Of a stretch of 50,908 nt of DNA, positions 38,129 to 48,383 are shown one piece after another. Source of the DNA: a virus. Under the pieces are notes generated by a model, which ran no database searches, had not been told where the DNA came from, and was given only the letters and a program-made list of their open reading frames with translations. The DNA is taken from the IMG/VR virus record IMGVR_UViG_3300045988_169817; one strand, given 5' to 3'. The translations under genes were made by a program, and so were the position numbers. Each line of letters starts with the position of its first letter. The stretch's first letter is position 1.

Positions 38129-39247
38129 TCATGCTCCTGCGCCTGCTTCCTTAGTGTTAACAGGATTATCAGTAGTATTCATAACAACAACAGGCTTAGC
38201 ATAAACTGCATCCTCGCTTGATACGTTAAATGCCAAGATAGGACTAGGCAATGTAGTAGCATCACTGTTGTGAGCAGTAAGAAATGCAACATCTACAGCA
38301 AAGCCATAGTGCTCTTTGCGAGTACGGGTCATATCTGCAGTAGCAGCTCCTGCAATTGTGTTGTAGTCACCTACAGAATCGTAGAAGTAAGTACCTACAG
38401 GCATGTTCAGCATTGGCAATGTCGCAATACCCCACTCATGGCCATCACCAGAAACTGTGCCAAGCAAGCAGTCGCGCTCAAACCGAGTCAACATTCCAAG
38501 GGCTCCAGCATTTACCGCATAACCCTGAGCATATTTACCTCCAGCAGCCGCGATGTTGTTTGTAAGATGCACAACCTTGGTACCAAACTCGTTCTGCTTG
38601 TTTACGTCATTGTAAAGACCGTGCTGCTGCAGTTTGCGCATAATGGATTCAACTCCAGGGTCACCTATGATATGCAGCTGACCAAAGAAGTCATTTGCAC
38701 CCATCATAACCTCGAGGTCACCAAATACGTTTTCACGCTCTGACCACTTGGCATTGACTGCATTGGATGAGAAGTCATACAGCAGCTTGTTCTTCAGAAC
38801 CTGTGTCTTTGCGGCAGCGAGCGCGGCAATTGCAGCTTCATCAAGCTTTTTGGCAAATGCATACAGATACTTCATAAACTTGGTTTCAAAGTCCTTCTGA
38901 ATGCCAATTTCGTTGTTCATATACATTGCCGGAGCAATAGTAAATCCCCACGCATAAGTGGCAAATGTGATTTGAACCATTTTAGAAGTATTTTCACTGT
39001 CTGCGATAGTCACACTGCGGGTGTTTCCGATAGTAATATCAGCATCATAGTCAATTACCGGAGTTTCCAGCGTGTTACCGATGGAGGTCCTTGCTTTTTG
39101 CTTCAGTTCCTCAGTGAGGATGCCAGTAGGGTCTTCAGACTGCACCATAAAAGCGTTCAGCGCACCGTACCTACTGGGGCGATACTCAAACTTATCAAGG
39201 TTAGAGTTCGCACGAATGTTCTGGACACGTGTTAAAACTAGACTCAT
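38129..39247 (-). CDS. Putative major capsid protein (372 aa)
   Basis: It follows the scaffold-like gene, has GC-enriched codon usage and a strong terminator, and the size is typical. Confidence 0.6.
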   Translation of the reverse strand: MSLVLTRVQNIRANSNLDKFEYRPSRYGALNAFMVQSEDPTGILTEELKQKARTSIGNTLETPVIDYDADITIGNTRSVTIADSENTSKMVQITFATYAWGFTIAPAMYMNNEIGIQKDFETKFMKYLYAFAKKLDEAAIAALAAAKTQVLKNKLLYDFSSNAVNAKWSERENVFGDLEVMMGANDFFGQLHIIGDPGVESIMRKLQQHGLYNDVNKQNEFGTKVVHLTNNIAAAGGKYAQGYAVNAGALGMLTRFERDCLLGTVSGDGHEWGIATLPMLNMPVGTYFYDSVGDYNTIAGAATADMTRTRKEHYGFAVDVAFLTAHNSDATTLPSPILAFNVSSEDAVYAKPVVVMNTTDNPVNTKEAGAGA

Positions 39248-39324
39248 AACTTTTAAGTTTTTTAATTGTTAATACTTACGCTAATATGGTGCATTACCCT
39301 TTTACGCCTCATAGCATTTTTCAT

Positions 39325-40272
39325 TTATCTAATAGGCAAACTTGCCACATTGTTTTCAGTTCTCAGTTGCATTGACTGGTCTGCAAATTCCTGTGAGTCA
39401 CGGGTCAAACCATTTGCAAGCAGATGTGCCTCAATAGCTTTATCAGCTTCAACTTGGCTCTTAATGCCAGACAAGTCAAGTGTTCCACCTGTTCCGCCTG
39501 AACCGGACCCAAAGCCTCCTGTTCCACCGCCTGTCTGCTGACGGCCTTTGTCAATTACATCTTTAAGCGATGTTTCCATTACAAGCTCCTGCATTGTATA
39601 AGGATTAAGATTGTTCTTCGGATTGTTGAGGATATTACCATCTGCACCGCGAATAACAAGTTTCTTTCCTCCTTGGCCGTCCTCTATGAAATCAGGAGTA
39701 CCTTTTGCAAGGACTTCTGCTTTTGCAGCATTGAGCAGCGTCTTCTGAATAGGCTCAGTGATACCACTCTTAAACTTAAGACCTGCTGTAGCAGCTTGAA
39801 AAGCATAATCTACATGCGTATCCTTAATAGCTTTATCAAACTCTGCCTTTTTGGTATTGAACTCAGTTTCCTTTGTCTGAAGTTGAGTTTGAAGCTGAGT
39901 TACTTGAGCTTTAGCATCTTTCAGCTGTTGCTTCAAAGTTTCATCACCAGCTCCTTTTTCAAGTTTAGACTGGAGCTCTGCGACCTGTGCCTGAGCAGCA
40001 GTAAGCTGAGTTTGAATTGTTTTTGCAGACTCTGCTTTAGTTTTGTATTCGTCAAGTACGCGCTTAGCATAGTCGTAACTTTTTTCACCATCTTTCTTTT
40101 TAATGCCTGTAATGCCAAGAATATCAGCATCATACTGACCGTGCAATGCACCGATTTTAGTGCCAATAACGGTATTCTCATCATTTCTTGACATCTCAGC
40201 AATCGCATTCAGCTGGTCATCCGTAAGGCCTGTTAAAGCTGAACTCTGTCGTAGCATCTCAATTGTTAACAT
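39325..40272 (-). CDS. Putative scaffolding protein (315 aa)
   Basis: Coiled-coil-rich with a Gly-rich GGGTGGFGSGSGGTGG tract. It lies between the portal and capsid candidates. Confidence 0.5.
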   Translation of the reverse strand: MLTIEMLRQSSALTGLTDDQLNAIAEMSRNDENTVIGTKIGALHGQYDADILGITGIKKKDGEKSYDYAKRVLDEYKTKAESAKTIQTQLTAAQAQVAELQSKLEKGAGDETLKQQLKDAKAQVTQLQTQLQTKETEFNTKKAEFDKAIKDTHVDYAFQAATAGLKFKSGITEPIQKTLLNAAKAEVLAKGTPDFIEDGQGGKKLVIRGADGNILNNPKNNLNPYTMQELVMETSLKDVIDKGRQQTGGGTGGFGSGSGGTGGTLDLSGIKSQVEADKAIEAHLLANGLTRDSQEFADQSMQLRTENNVASLPIR

Positions 40273-40294
40273 ATAGCTTTGTTTTTATTGTTAA

Positions 40295-40753
40295 TTACTT
40301 TTGTACTAACTCTGCAGCATCCCCATACGGGTCGTGCAAGGCTGCCATAATGGTATAACCAAGGCCTTTATACGTTTTCTTGAAAAGCTGCCACTCTGCA
40401 AATGTGAACATTTGAGTATATGCTGGTGACTCTTCTTCGCCAGTCATTGGATTAAACCTACGACCGCGCACAATTGACAAGTGCACCATCTTCTCAGTAC
40501 CCGGCTTAGGAGTATAATCACCCTTAGCCTGTGTTTTCGAGGCCAATGATTTTTCTTCAATAATATCATCAACATCCACTAGGAAAAGAACTACCTCGTC
40601 AAGCTCTTCTTGTAAGTCGCTTGTCCAAGCTTTTCCGCCTTTAGCTTTAGCAGCTTCTAGTTCTGCTTTGCATTCTACGGCCTTTTTCTTATAAGACTTA
40701 ACATCCTCAAGACTGAGTGCCTGTAGTTGCTGAAATTCCAATTTCTGTAACAT
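40295..40753 (-). CDS. Hypothetical head-module protein (152 aa)
   Basis: ATG-initiated ORF that overlaps the portal 3' end by 47 nt. Confidence 0.5.
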   Translation of the reverse strand: MLQKLEFQQLQALSLEDVKSYKKKAVECKAELEAAKAKGGKAWTSDLQEELDEVVLFLVDVDDIIEEKSLASKTQAKGDYTPKPGTEKMVHLSIVRGRRFNPMTGEEESPAYTQMFTFAEWQLFKKTYKGLGYTIMAALHDPYGDAAELVQK

Positions 40754-42449
40754 ATTCCAAAAGTTTTTTGCTTATAATATCTATTTTTTCTCTCATTGGC
40801 TTATTTGAAGCAAACTCAATTATGTTAATGTTCTCACGTTCAAATTTTTCGACTAAAGTACTAAAATTTATTTTAAGCTTTACCAAATTTTCATTTAATA
40901 ACTCTTTTTCATACAGTTTTAACACTTCATCCAGCGTTTTATGTGGATATGGCTCCAATTGCTTTAAGATAAGCATTCTCTGAAGTACCAAAGGATTGTT
41001 ACGATACTCAACTTCAAGAATTTGTTGCGATATAGCATCTAGTTCTGAGTTAGACGCACCATTCTCCTTTGCTTGTTTGTACTTAGAATATAGCTCTGTT
41101 ACTGTGAAAACGTAAAACTCTGTACCCCAGTTTACAGAAGATGATATGAAAGCACCTCCATACCTGAGTTTGCAAACAGTATCTTCGACAAATTTCTGTG
41201 CCAATTCAAAGTTGGTCTTTAAGGCATTGAGAACTGAGGTTTTGCTTTCAAAGTTAGCAGTTACCTGAGTTTCATTGATAGCTTCTTTTTCACTTACAGT
41301 ACCACCTGAACCAACAACAGAAATTACAATTTCATTTTTAAGCCTTGCACACTCATTGACATTATAATCAAGTGAGTCTTTATCGATAGTAGTTATCTGA
41401 ACAGGATTACGCATATCTGCGACACCTTCAGATTGATTTGGTATAGGAACTTCTAAGAATGAACCAGGACCAGCTATACGCTTTTCGCTACAGCAAGGAC
41501 ACTTTTCAACTGTTCCATCATTGAGAATTTTATACTCGCCTTTTGCATTGCGTAGAAAACCTCCATCGCAGTAATCACCAGTCTCATTATTCTCAAAATT
41601 ACAATCAGCTTCATACGCACTATATATAGGATAAGGTGCATACAAGTCTAAATGCTGCTTCGAAATAGAGAAGAACAAATACCAATCAAGATTTGACAGC
41701 TCTTTTGTAATTGGATTTTTCTTAAGGTCTTTATTTTTCTCATTGAGTTGTGTTGACCAAAAGAACCGAGCTGGGCAATATCCTAAATCGTGCTTTGCTT
41801 CTGAAATAAGTGACTGAATTTCATTTTTCTCATTCAGCTGATATACTCTTATAGAAGTATCATCAAATACAGCTATTCGATGTTCCGGCTGTTTGAAAAT
41901 AAGCCACTCAAACTGATTTTCATCAAGTCTAAAAGTCTGGTAATCAATTACAGCATCAATCTCAAGCCAATAAAAATATGGCTCTGGACGTAAAGATGTT
42001 TGTACTTGAGGAAGGTCTACTACCAAAATACTATTTGGCGATACCTGCATTCTCTTCCATCCGGTTGTCTTCCACACCTCTGGCTCGTTGAGGTTATTCT
42101 TTTTATACTGAGACCAGTCTTCTGCAAGCTCTGAGTCTGTAAACTGGTATGAGCTTGATGAGTTACGACTATAGAAAACCCTTTCGAGTTCTCTATAGAC
42201 GTCCTCAACTACAGCAGGTGTAGGCAACGGAAATTTGAACAGATGAAGGAATATGTTGAATTTATCCTTCGGAAGCAACTGTCTTACCCAATCAAGGAAT
42301 ATAGTCGTAGGTTGGTTAATATCAGATACAGCAACATTCGTCTCAGTATGAAATCTAAGACGGCGCTGCATGTTTACAGCTTTCTGAATAGTCTGACGTT
42401 TAGTTGGCTTTTGCAGAATTTGCTTTATCTGATTTAATTCTAAGGCCAT
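40707..42449 (-). CDS. Putative portal protein
   Basis: Size and position near the terminase. The start is uncertain: the ORF track gives 42497, and MALELNQ at 42449 is used here. Confidence 0.5.
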   Translation of the reverse strand: MALELNQIKQILQKPTKRQTIQKAVNMQRRLRFHTETNVAVSDINQPTTIFLDWVRQLLPKDKFNIFLHLFKFPLPTPAVVEDVYRELERVFYSRNSSSSYQFTDSELAEDWSQYKKNNLNEPEVWKTTGWKRMQVSPNSILVVDLPQVQTSLRPEPYFYWLEIDAVIDYQTFRLDENQFEWLIFKQPEHRIAVFDDTSIRVYQLNEKNEIQSLISEAKHDLGYCPARFFWSTQLNEKNKDLKKNPITKELSNLDWYLFFSISKQHLDLYAPYPIYSAYEADCNFENNETGDYCDGGFLRNAKGEYKILNDGTVEKCPCCSEKRIAGPGSFLEVPIPNQSEGVADMRNPVQITTIDKDSLDYNVNECARLKNEIVISVVGSGGTVSEKEAINETQVTANFESKTSVLNALKTNFELAQKFVEDTVCKLRYGGAFISSSVNWGTEFYVFTVTELYSKYKQAKENGASNSELDAISQQILEVEYRNNPLVLQRMLILKQLEPYPHKTLDEVLKLYEKELLNENLVKLKINFSTLVEKFERENINIIEFASNKPMREKIDIISKKLLEYVTEIGISATTGTQS

Positions 42450-42612
42450 TTTCTTCGTCGTAAGTATAATTGCTATCTTTAGGTAATTCCCATCCACCGT
42501 TTATGGCTGTGCCCATATCAAGCAGGCGTTCGGCATGCTGAATGCCAAACTCCTGCCTCATATTGTACTTAGGCACAACCAATGTTACTGTTTGTTCTTT
42601 TTTCTTTATCAT
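42400..42612 (-). CDS. Hypothetical small protein (70 aa)
   Basis: ATG-initiated ORF. Confidence 0.4.
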   Translation of the reverse strand: MIKKKEQTVTLVVPKYNMRQEFGIQHAERLLDMGTAINGGWELPKDSNYTYDEENGLRIKSDKANSAKAN

Positions 42613-42623
42613 AACTGAAAGTT

Positions 42624-43274
42624 TTAAGCTCCAGCAGAAGCAGCATTAACCCAATCTGTAAGAGGATTGAAGTCCAATGTTTCACGCTTAACGATGTAGA
42701 AGTTATCGCTCCAGTTAGGATAGAATGACCATTCAATGGTATTGCTGTCCGGCTCTTCAAAACCGCCAAGCTTCTTATCGCCAACAAAGAACTTACCAAT
42801 AGGAATTGGGAAGTATGCTGTAGGCTTATCCTGGTCATCTACCAAACAGCCAATGTTGCCGTTTTCATCAATCAGCCAAACGCCAATCTCTTCGCACATA
42901 TACTGTTTCAGCTGTGCAATTGTCTTCTGACTTTCCTGATAGATAGTGGCAGAGAACGTTGTCGGCTCACGGCCAATTGTAATCTCAATACCTCCAAGTG
43001 TCTGGTTACCACCACCGAATGTACGAGCTGCACCAGGCTCAGAAGTAGGTCCTTGAATATACGGAGAAACTGTCATTTTAGAACCATCAGCTGCAGAAAA
43101 CAAGGTAGAAAACGATGCTTTCTTAGTCGGGTCAACGACAGAGTTCTTCGTTCCGGCTGTCTTATAGATGCGCTGGAATGCAACTTTTTGTACTTGCCCC
43201 ATGCTCTCCTTGCAGTTTGCAATTTCAAGGTCGGCGATATGTGCGCCTGCAGGGCATCCACAGTTTAATCCCAT
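42624..43274 (-). CDS. Hypothetical abundant virion protein candidate, possibly a tail tube (216 aa)
   Basis: It has its own TATATTTG promoter, GC-enriched codon usage like the capsid gene, and a beta-rich sequence. Confidence 0.35.
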   Translation of the reverse strand: MGLNCGCPAGAHIADLEIANCKESMGQVQKVAFQRIYKTAGTKNSVVDPTKKASFSTLFSAADGSKMTVSPYIQGPTSEPGAARTFGGGNQTLGGIEITIGREPTTFSATIYQESQKTIAQLKQYMCEEIGVWLIDENGNIGCLVDDQDKPTAYFPIPIGKFFVGDKKLGGFEEPDSNTIEWSFYPNWSDNFYIVKRETLDFNPLTDWVNAASAGA

Positions 43275-43371
43275 AATTTATTTATGTTTTAATGTTAATA
43301 TTACCGAGCAGTTACCCTTAACTTGCATCGAATTACCTGTATTTTTGCTTTGAATTGGCTTCTCCACAGGG

Positions 43372-43379
43372 CAAATATA
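43372..43379 (-). promoter_or_regulatory. Bacteroides-type -7 box TATATTTG
   Basis: Reverse complement of caaatata, about 100 nt upstream of the 43274 start. Confidence 0.45.
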
Positions 43380-43438
43380 CTAAATTTCTTTATAAGCTGT
43401 ACCGCTTTTAACATTTTTTATAGAGGTATTTTTATTTC

Positions 43439-43530
43439 ATATTCTCGCATTATGTCCATTCAAGGCTTATGATTTAATCATTTATATATAATTAGAAGCC
43501 TAGAAATTGCGAGAATAATGCGAGAATATG
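43439..43530. promoter_or_regulatory. 13-bp inverted repeat carrying GCGAGAAT boxes (three boxes in total)
   Basis: atattctcgcatt (43439-43451) and aatgcgagaatat (43518-43530) are reverse complements. An extra box lies at 43509-43516, 11 bp from the next. Confidence 0.6.
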
Positions 43531-43539
43531 AATTTTAAC

Positions 43540-46263
43540 TCAATTTCTCAATGATATCTTCTTCCTTCCAGCTTTTCTAAGCCTCATTTCTACTACTCCA
43601 GTTAATGCATCTGGTGCATCATCATGAGCAGCCCTTCGCTTATTATCTTTACGATAAGTTGTAATAGCATTATAGAATTCACGCCATTTTTTATCCCAAT
43701 TTTCTGGAAACGCTACATCTGAGTTAACAAGAGCTGAATTTGAAAAAATACGAGCAGCTTTATTTTTTGTCTGTGTAAAAGTATTTATGGCTGTTTTGAA
43801 ATTATGCAAAGTAGCTCTTGTAATACGCTTTACATTTCTAGCAAACTGCCTACCACCATTATTGGACTCTATCAGACATTCTGTTATACTATTTTCTGTG
43901 AGCATTTTAGCCAACATTACTTCAGTTTTTTCCATGGGCAGTTGTGTGTATAGCACATCAATTATATATAGCATTTCTGGAGTATTTATAAAGCAAATTG
44001 CACATAAATAATCAGAGCCAGTATCAGCTGTATCAACGTAACACCATCTTTGATTAGCTTTAGAGCCTGATGGCAATTCTATATTTTGATATGTCCTAAA
44101 CTCGTGATACATAAGGCCCTCAGTAGGAATTGGATTTTGCATATATTGGGTCTCAAATACTACCGGGTTAATCTCTCGTAGTTTATATAGCTCCTCAAGA
44201 TTGTGCTTCATTGGCCAAAGAGCATGTTCTTCTCCTGTCTCAGGGTCTGTTTGTATAACTGGAAGTGATAAAACAGTCCATGTATCTGGCTCTATCTCTT
44301 GCAAATAGCCACAGAGGTCATGCTCATGTAATCTTTGCATTATAATAATGATAGGCGTTCTACGCGAGTTAACACGGTTACGTATTGTATTTTCGAAGCG
44401 TTGGTTTATGCGCTCTCGTATAAGGTCGGATGCTGCATCATCGGCTTTCAGGGGGTCATCGATTACAATTGCGCCTTGAAATATATTGGTTTTAGCATCT
44501 ATCATTTTAAGCATTTCATTCGTGTGGTCATCGAAAACAAATATATCATTGCCTCCATCCATTTTATCTATTTCTTCATCTACCGCTCCAGCACCAAAGC
44601 CTGTGACCTGACCTTGTGTTGACACTGCATAGAGTTCTCCTCCTGCTTTAGTTTTCCATCTCTTAGCCGAACCTTTCTCGGATGCAAGAGCTGAATTAGG
44701 AAAGAGTGTTTTATATAATTCTTCACTCATTATATTGCGTACAGTATCTGAATTGTCATTCACAAGTATATCTGAATACGACAAATGCAGAAATCTACTC
44801 CGCGGGTTCAAGGCGAAGGCCCATGAGATAAACGACTTAATAACTAATTCTGTATTGTGTGATACGAGCCCATTGGCTATAAAATTTTTATCGCCAGATA
44901 CTTCAATATGAACTAATTCATGCTTTCCTACTTCTTCTATACTAACAATTTCATCAGGATAGAAATCTTCAGCCCAATATCTCGTAAGGTTATCAGGAAA
45001 AATTTCCACTAATTCTCTAAATGTATCTTCTGACATATTCCTATTTGGCCCAACTGATTTATACCCTAAATCAAAGTGTATCATTTTGTAAAGGCCTTCA
45101 TTCTTTATTATAGAATACGGGTATGTGCATGTACGTTCTATTTTAGAAGGCTGTAAAATGTATTCTTTTGCTTTATCTGCTTTTCCATAAAAATCCAAAT
45201 GCGGATATAATTTTTGAGAATACCTTCTTGATATTGCAACATTCCATATACCAGCTTTTTCATTTTCATAAAATCCTAAAGTTGATGGGATTTTCATAGT
45301 AGATAACAGATATTGGATATCCTCAGCAAGTCCTTTGTTTGCTAGGCCTATAGACAACTGGCCATTCTTTTTTATAGTACCATCTGTCGCTATCACTATT
45401 CCTAAAAACACATATTTTTGTCGCATAGAAGTACTAAATATTCCTAATGGGATTCTTTTAGTATAAGAGTCATTTCCAACTAATCTATGCTTTATTAAAA
45501 TGTTATCTATTACGCCTTTAGTTCCGCCTAATATGGTATATTGACAATCTGCGGTACAAGAATAATGCTTGACCTCACCTCCGAGTTCATTAACAGCCTT
45601 TATAACAGCATTTACCGCTAATTTATCTATGTTAGTAAATCCTAATTTACCAGATTTTGTACAACATCCGTCAAACAGCACCATTGATATTAGTATAACC
45701 TCCGCGTCTGATAATGTTTCGGCGCCGTCCAACTCTTTTTTTAGTGCAAATATCCTATCTCCAATTTTAAGCCTATTAGATTTTACATACCCGAACGGTG
45801 TCCTCCAAGGATGGTCAATACTGCATACAACTGACCGACCTGACCTCATAGTAATTTCATAGCAGTCTTTATATGCCGGCTCAGTAGCAATAACGCTATT
45901 AACAACTGCTCTACCATCTTTGAATGATAGCACTTTATCTCCTGGCAGTATATCAGCTATTTTTTTTCGCTCACCTGTAGCAAGCGTAATAAGGGTATCT
46001 TTACTAACGCATTTCCCGTATCTGGGAGCGATATTGATAATCAATCTGGTAATTTTACCATCTACAACATCTTGTAACACTTCGAACATTTTCTTATGGT
46101 GCTCTGCTACTATGAATGAGCGTTTATATTGGCATTTAAACATTAGTTTAGTATACTTTTCAAATGACGTAAGAGCCTCAAGGCGTAACATTTCTACAGG
46201 ATTTACAGTTCCGGGCTTTGTGGCGTCTAATGCTGTTTCTTGCATTTCTTTAAGTGACTTCAT
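43540..46263 (-). CDS. terL: Terminase large subunit interrupted by an intein (907 aa precursor, 521 aa after splicing)
   Basis: The Walker A motif APRYGK|TELV is reconstituted by removing residues 85-470. The C-terminal nuclease half has a typical length. Confidence 0.8.
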   Translation of the reverse strand: MKSLKEMQETALDATKPGTVNPVEMLRLEALTSFEKYTKLMFKCQYKRSFIVAEHHKKMFEVLQDVVDGKITRLIINIAPRYGKCVSKDTLITLATGERKKIADILPGDKVLSFKDGRAVVNSVIATEPAYKDCYEITMRSGRSVVCSIDHPWRTPFGYVKSNRLKIGDRIFALKKELDGAETLSDAEVILISMVLFDGCCTKSGKLGFTNIDKLAVNAVIKAVNELGGEVKHYSCTADCQYTILGGTKGVIDNILIKHRLVGNDSYTKRIPLGIFSTSMRQKYVFLGIVIATDGTIKKNGQLSIGLANKGLAEDIQYLLSTMKIPSTLGFYENEKAGIWNVAISRRYSQKLYPHLDFYGKADKAKEYILQPSKIERTCTYPYSIIKNEGLYKMIHFDLGYKSVGPNRNMSEDTFRELVEIFPDNLTRYWAEDFYPDEIVSIEEVGKHELVHIEVSGDKNFIANGLVSHNTELVIKSFISWAFALNPRSRFLHLSYSDILVNDNSDTVRNIMSEELYKTLFPNSALASEKGSAKRWKTKAGGELYAVSTQGQVTGFGAGAVDEEIDKMDGGNDIFVFDDHTNEMLKMIDAKTNIFQGAIVIDDPLKADDAASDLIRERINQRFENTIRNRVNSRRTPIIIIMQRLHEHDLCGYLQEIEPDTWTVLSLPVIQTDPETGEEHALWPMKHNLEELYKLREINPVVFETQYMQNPIPTEGLMYHEFRTYQNIELPSGSKANQRWCYVDTADTGSDYLCAICFINTPEMLYIIDVLYTQLPMEKTEVMLAKMLTENSITECLIESNNGGRQFARNVKRITRATLHNFKTAINTFTQTKNKAARIFSNSALVNSDVAFPENWDKKWREFYNAITTYRKDNKRRAAHDDAPDALTGVVEMRLRKAGRKKISLRN
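44854..46011 (-). mobile_element. Intein (386 aa) with a LAGLIDADG homing-endonuclease domain
   Basis: N-terminal CVSKDTLI, block B CSIDHPW, two LAGLIDADG-like motifs (LISMVLFDGC and FLGIVIATDGT), and a C-terminal VSHN followed by Thr. Confidence 0.8.
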
Positions 46264-46273
46264 TGCTATATTT

Positions 46274-47062
46274 TTACTTTATTAAGTTTTCACGTATAAT
46301 CAGATATGCTTCACGACTTACAGGCACATTAGGAATAATGCCTGTTTGGAGTTGTTGCTGCTCAGGTAGATTAAGCTGCATTTGACCTTTTCCAAACACA
46401 CGGTCCCAAAGCTTCTCAATTGTTTCTATATTGCCAAGTTTTGTATCTTCTTGCAAGCGCTTTATAACTGTTTTGATAACGATTGGTATCTTTTTATTGT
46501 TATACAGAGCCGCAAGTTGTGCCTCATTGCACGTTAACAAACAAGCCAATAAATTAGCCGTGTCCTGCTTTGTAAGTTGGACACTTAAATTGATATTAAG
46601 GCTAGTAAGAAGCTTTGTTATTTCAGGCCTTGATGCTCCTTGTAACTGAAGTGCTGAGCGTATAGCTGATGAATATGAACCTCTGCCCGAGTCATGGCGC
46701 TCTGCTAACTCAGTTGCTTTAAGTGGCTCTACAGTCTGAGCCTCAAGTGCCTCAATAGCCTCAACTCGTTTTTGCTGCTCTGCAATACGTTTGGCTTGAA
46801 ACTCAGTTTGGCCATCTGGTATTTCTTCCAAGCCAAGTTCTTCTGCTAACGATCGGCGTTTTTCTTGTTTAGCTTGAAGGTTTTTAAGCTTCTGCTTTTC
46901 AAGATACTTAATACGAGCCAATTCCTTTGCATCGTATTTTGATTTAATGCGCGTGGCCTCTTGTTCTACGAGTTTGGATGTGTCTGGATTAGACATTCCA
47001 GGAACTATTGGCCTGTTTGGCAATATATCTGCTAATTTCTGTGCTATTTTATCTGTTTTCAT
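46274..47062 (-). CDS. Putative terminase small subunit (262 aa)
   Basis: Position immediately upstream of terL only. Confidence 0.35.
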   Translation of the reverse strand: MKTDKIAQKLADILPNRPIVPGMSNPDTSKLVEQEATRIKSKYDAKELARIKYLEKQKLKNLQAKQEKRRSLAEELGLEEIPDGQTEFQAKRIAEQQKRVEAIEALEAQTVEPLKATELAERHDSGRGSYSSAIRSALQLQGASRPEITKLLTSLNINLSVQLTKQDTANLLACLLTCNEAQLAALYNNKKIPIVIKTVIKRLQEDTKLGNIETIEKLWDRVFGKGQMQLNLPEQQQLQTGIIPNVPVSREAYLIIRENLIK

Positions 47063-47864
47063 ATTGGCTATTATATTTTTGTTGTTTATTTGATATGGTT
47101 TTACTTTTTTCTTCTAATGCCATATCTTTCTTTATTTGGTTTTGTAATCGCCTATACTCTGTTGCTTTTCTAAGGTCTGGCTCTATAGTTATTATATCAT
47201 CTGCATTATTAAATCTCCATACAGAACCATAGGCTATTCTCCGTTGGCCATTGCAACACATGTATATGGCGCTTGGGTTGACTTTTGTCGGTGTTGAATT
47301 TGCGTATTCTCTTATAGAATCCCATCTTTTATAAAATTTATAAGTATTTTCTGCTATCTCAGTATACTGATATACGGCTCTATGTGGATAACTACGTATA
47401 GTATCTGTTCCTGATTTACGTATTGTATCTGGTATTCCCCATTTTGCTGCATATCCTGGTATGACGGCTTTTTCTGCTGCACATTTATTTAAGCTATTTA
47501 TTATGTTGTGGCCGTAGGGAGCATAAGCTATATATTCATCTATCAATTCATACATTCTTAGGTATACGCCCATCAAGTCTAGGTTCATAGGAATTTCTTC
47601 TGTGGACACCGTTATATATTTGCTTTCAGTTATGGCTTTTGCCAAGTCAGGATTGTTTTTACTTGGCCAAGCTGCATTATGAAATGCATCATATATAAGC
47701 CTCTCTATTTTGTTTTTAACAGTAAAAGTTCTTCTTTCTCCTGTCCAGCCTATGTATACTTTATTATCATACTCAAACTCAAGTATGAAAAATGCACTTG
47801 TAGACTGTAAATTGGCGTTTTCTTGTAAATCTACCAAATACTTGTATTTACCTATGCGTATCAT
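47049..47864 (-). CDS. GIY-YIG homing-endonuclease-like protein with C-terminal DNA-binding repeats
   Basis: FILEFEYDNKVYIGWT, EEIP...YGHNI resembles I-TevI (EEIP...NGYNI). The C-terminal pattern AIYMCCNGQRRIAYGSVWRF is NUMOD-like. 47891 is TTG, and the first ATG is at 47864. Confidence 0.55.
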   Translation of the reverse strand: MIRIGKYKYLVDLQENANLQSTSAFFILEFEYDNKVYIGWTGERRTFTVKNKIERLIYDAFHNAAWPSKNNPDLAKAITESKYITVSTEEIPMNLDLMGVYLRMYELIDEYIAYAPYGHNIINSLNKCAAEKAVIPGYAAKWGIPDTIRKSGTDTIRSYPHRAVYQYTEIAENTYKFYKRWDSIREYANSTPTKVNPSAIYMCCNGQRRIAYGSVWRFNNADDIITIEPDLRKATEYRRLQNQIKKDMALEEKSKTISNKQQKYNSQYENR

Positions 47865-47888
47865 AAATATAGTTTTTTTATTACTTTG

Positions 47889-47896
47889 CAAATATA
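47889..47896 (-). promoter_or_regulatory. Bacteroides-type -7 box TATATTTG
   Basis: It lies 25 nt upstream of the ATG at 47864, and a GCGAGAAT box (47920-47927) sits about 25 nt further upstream. Confidence 0.55.
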
Positions 47897-48383
47897 CTAA
47901 TAAAAATTGATAGGCGAAAATTCTCGCAAAATAAAAATTACACAGAAATGAGAAATTAACATTTTTTTATACTAGTGAATTATTAACCTTTTAATATGAT
48001 ATTTCACAGGTATTTAGGCATATATCTTAGTTAGTGAATAGAAAATGAGGCTTTGGTTTCTTGTGTTTCTACCTCACAAAATAAAGCTAATTGAAAATCA
48101 ATATTTTATCAAATTTAATTAGTGAATGGAAATTGAGTGGCGCAGAAACAATCATCTCTAACTCTTCTACGAAGTCTTATACTGTGATATGTGAATAGAT
48201 AAGCCTATCTATATCACAATTCACTATCTCAAATCTATTTTATCTCTTTTATATATTTATTGTTTATGTTGTTTATCGATATCTAATTTATTGAAAATCA
48301 ATCATTTATTGAGAAACTTCACTCTGATTTCGCATGTTTATTTTGTTTCTTTGAAAATTATTTCTGAGCATCTATTCTTTATT

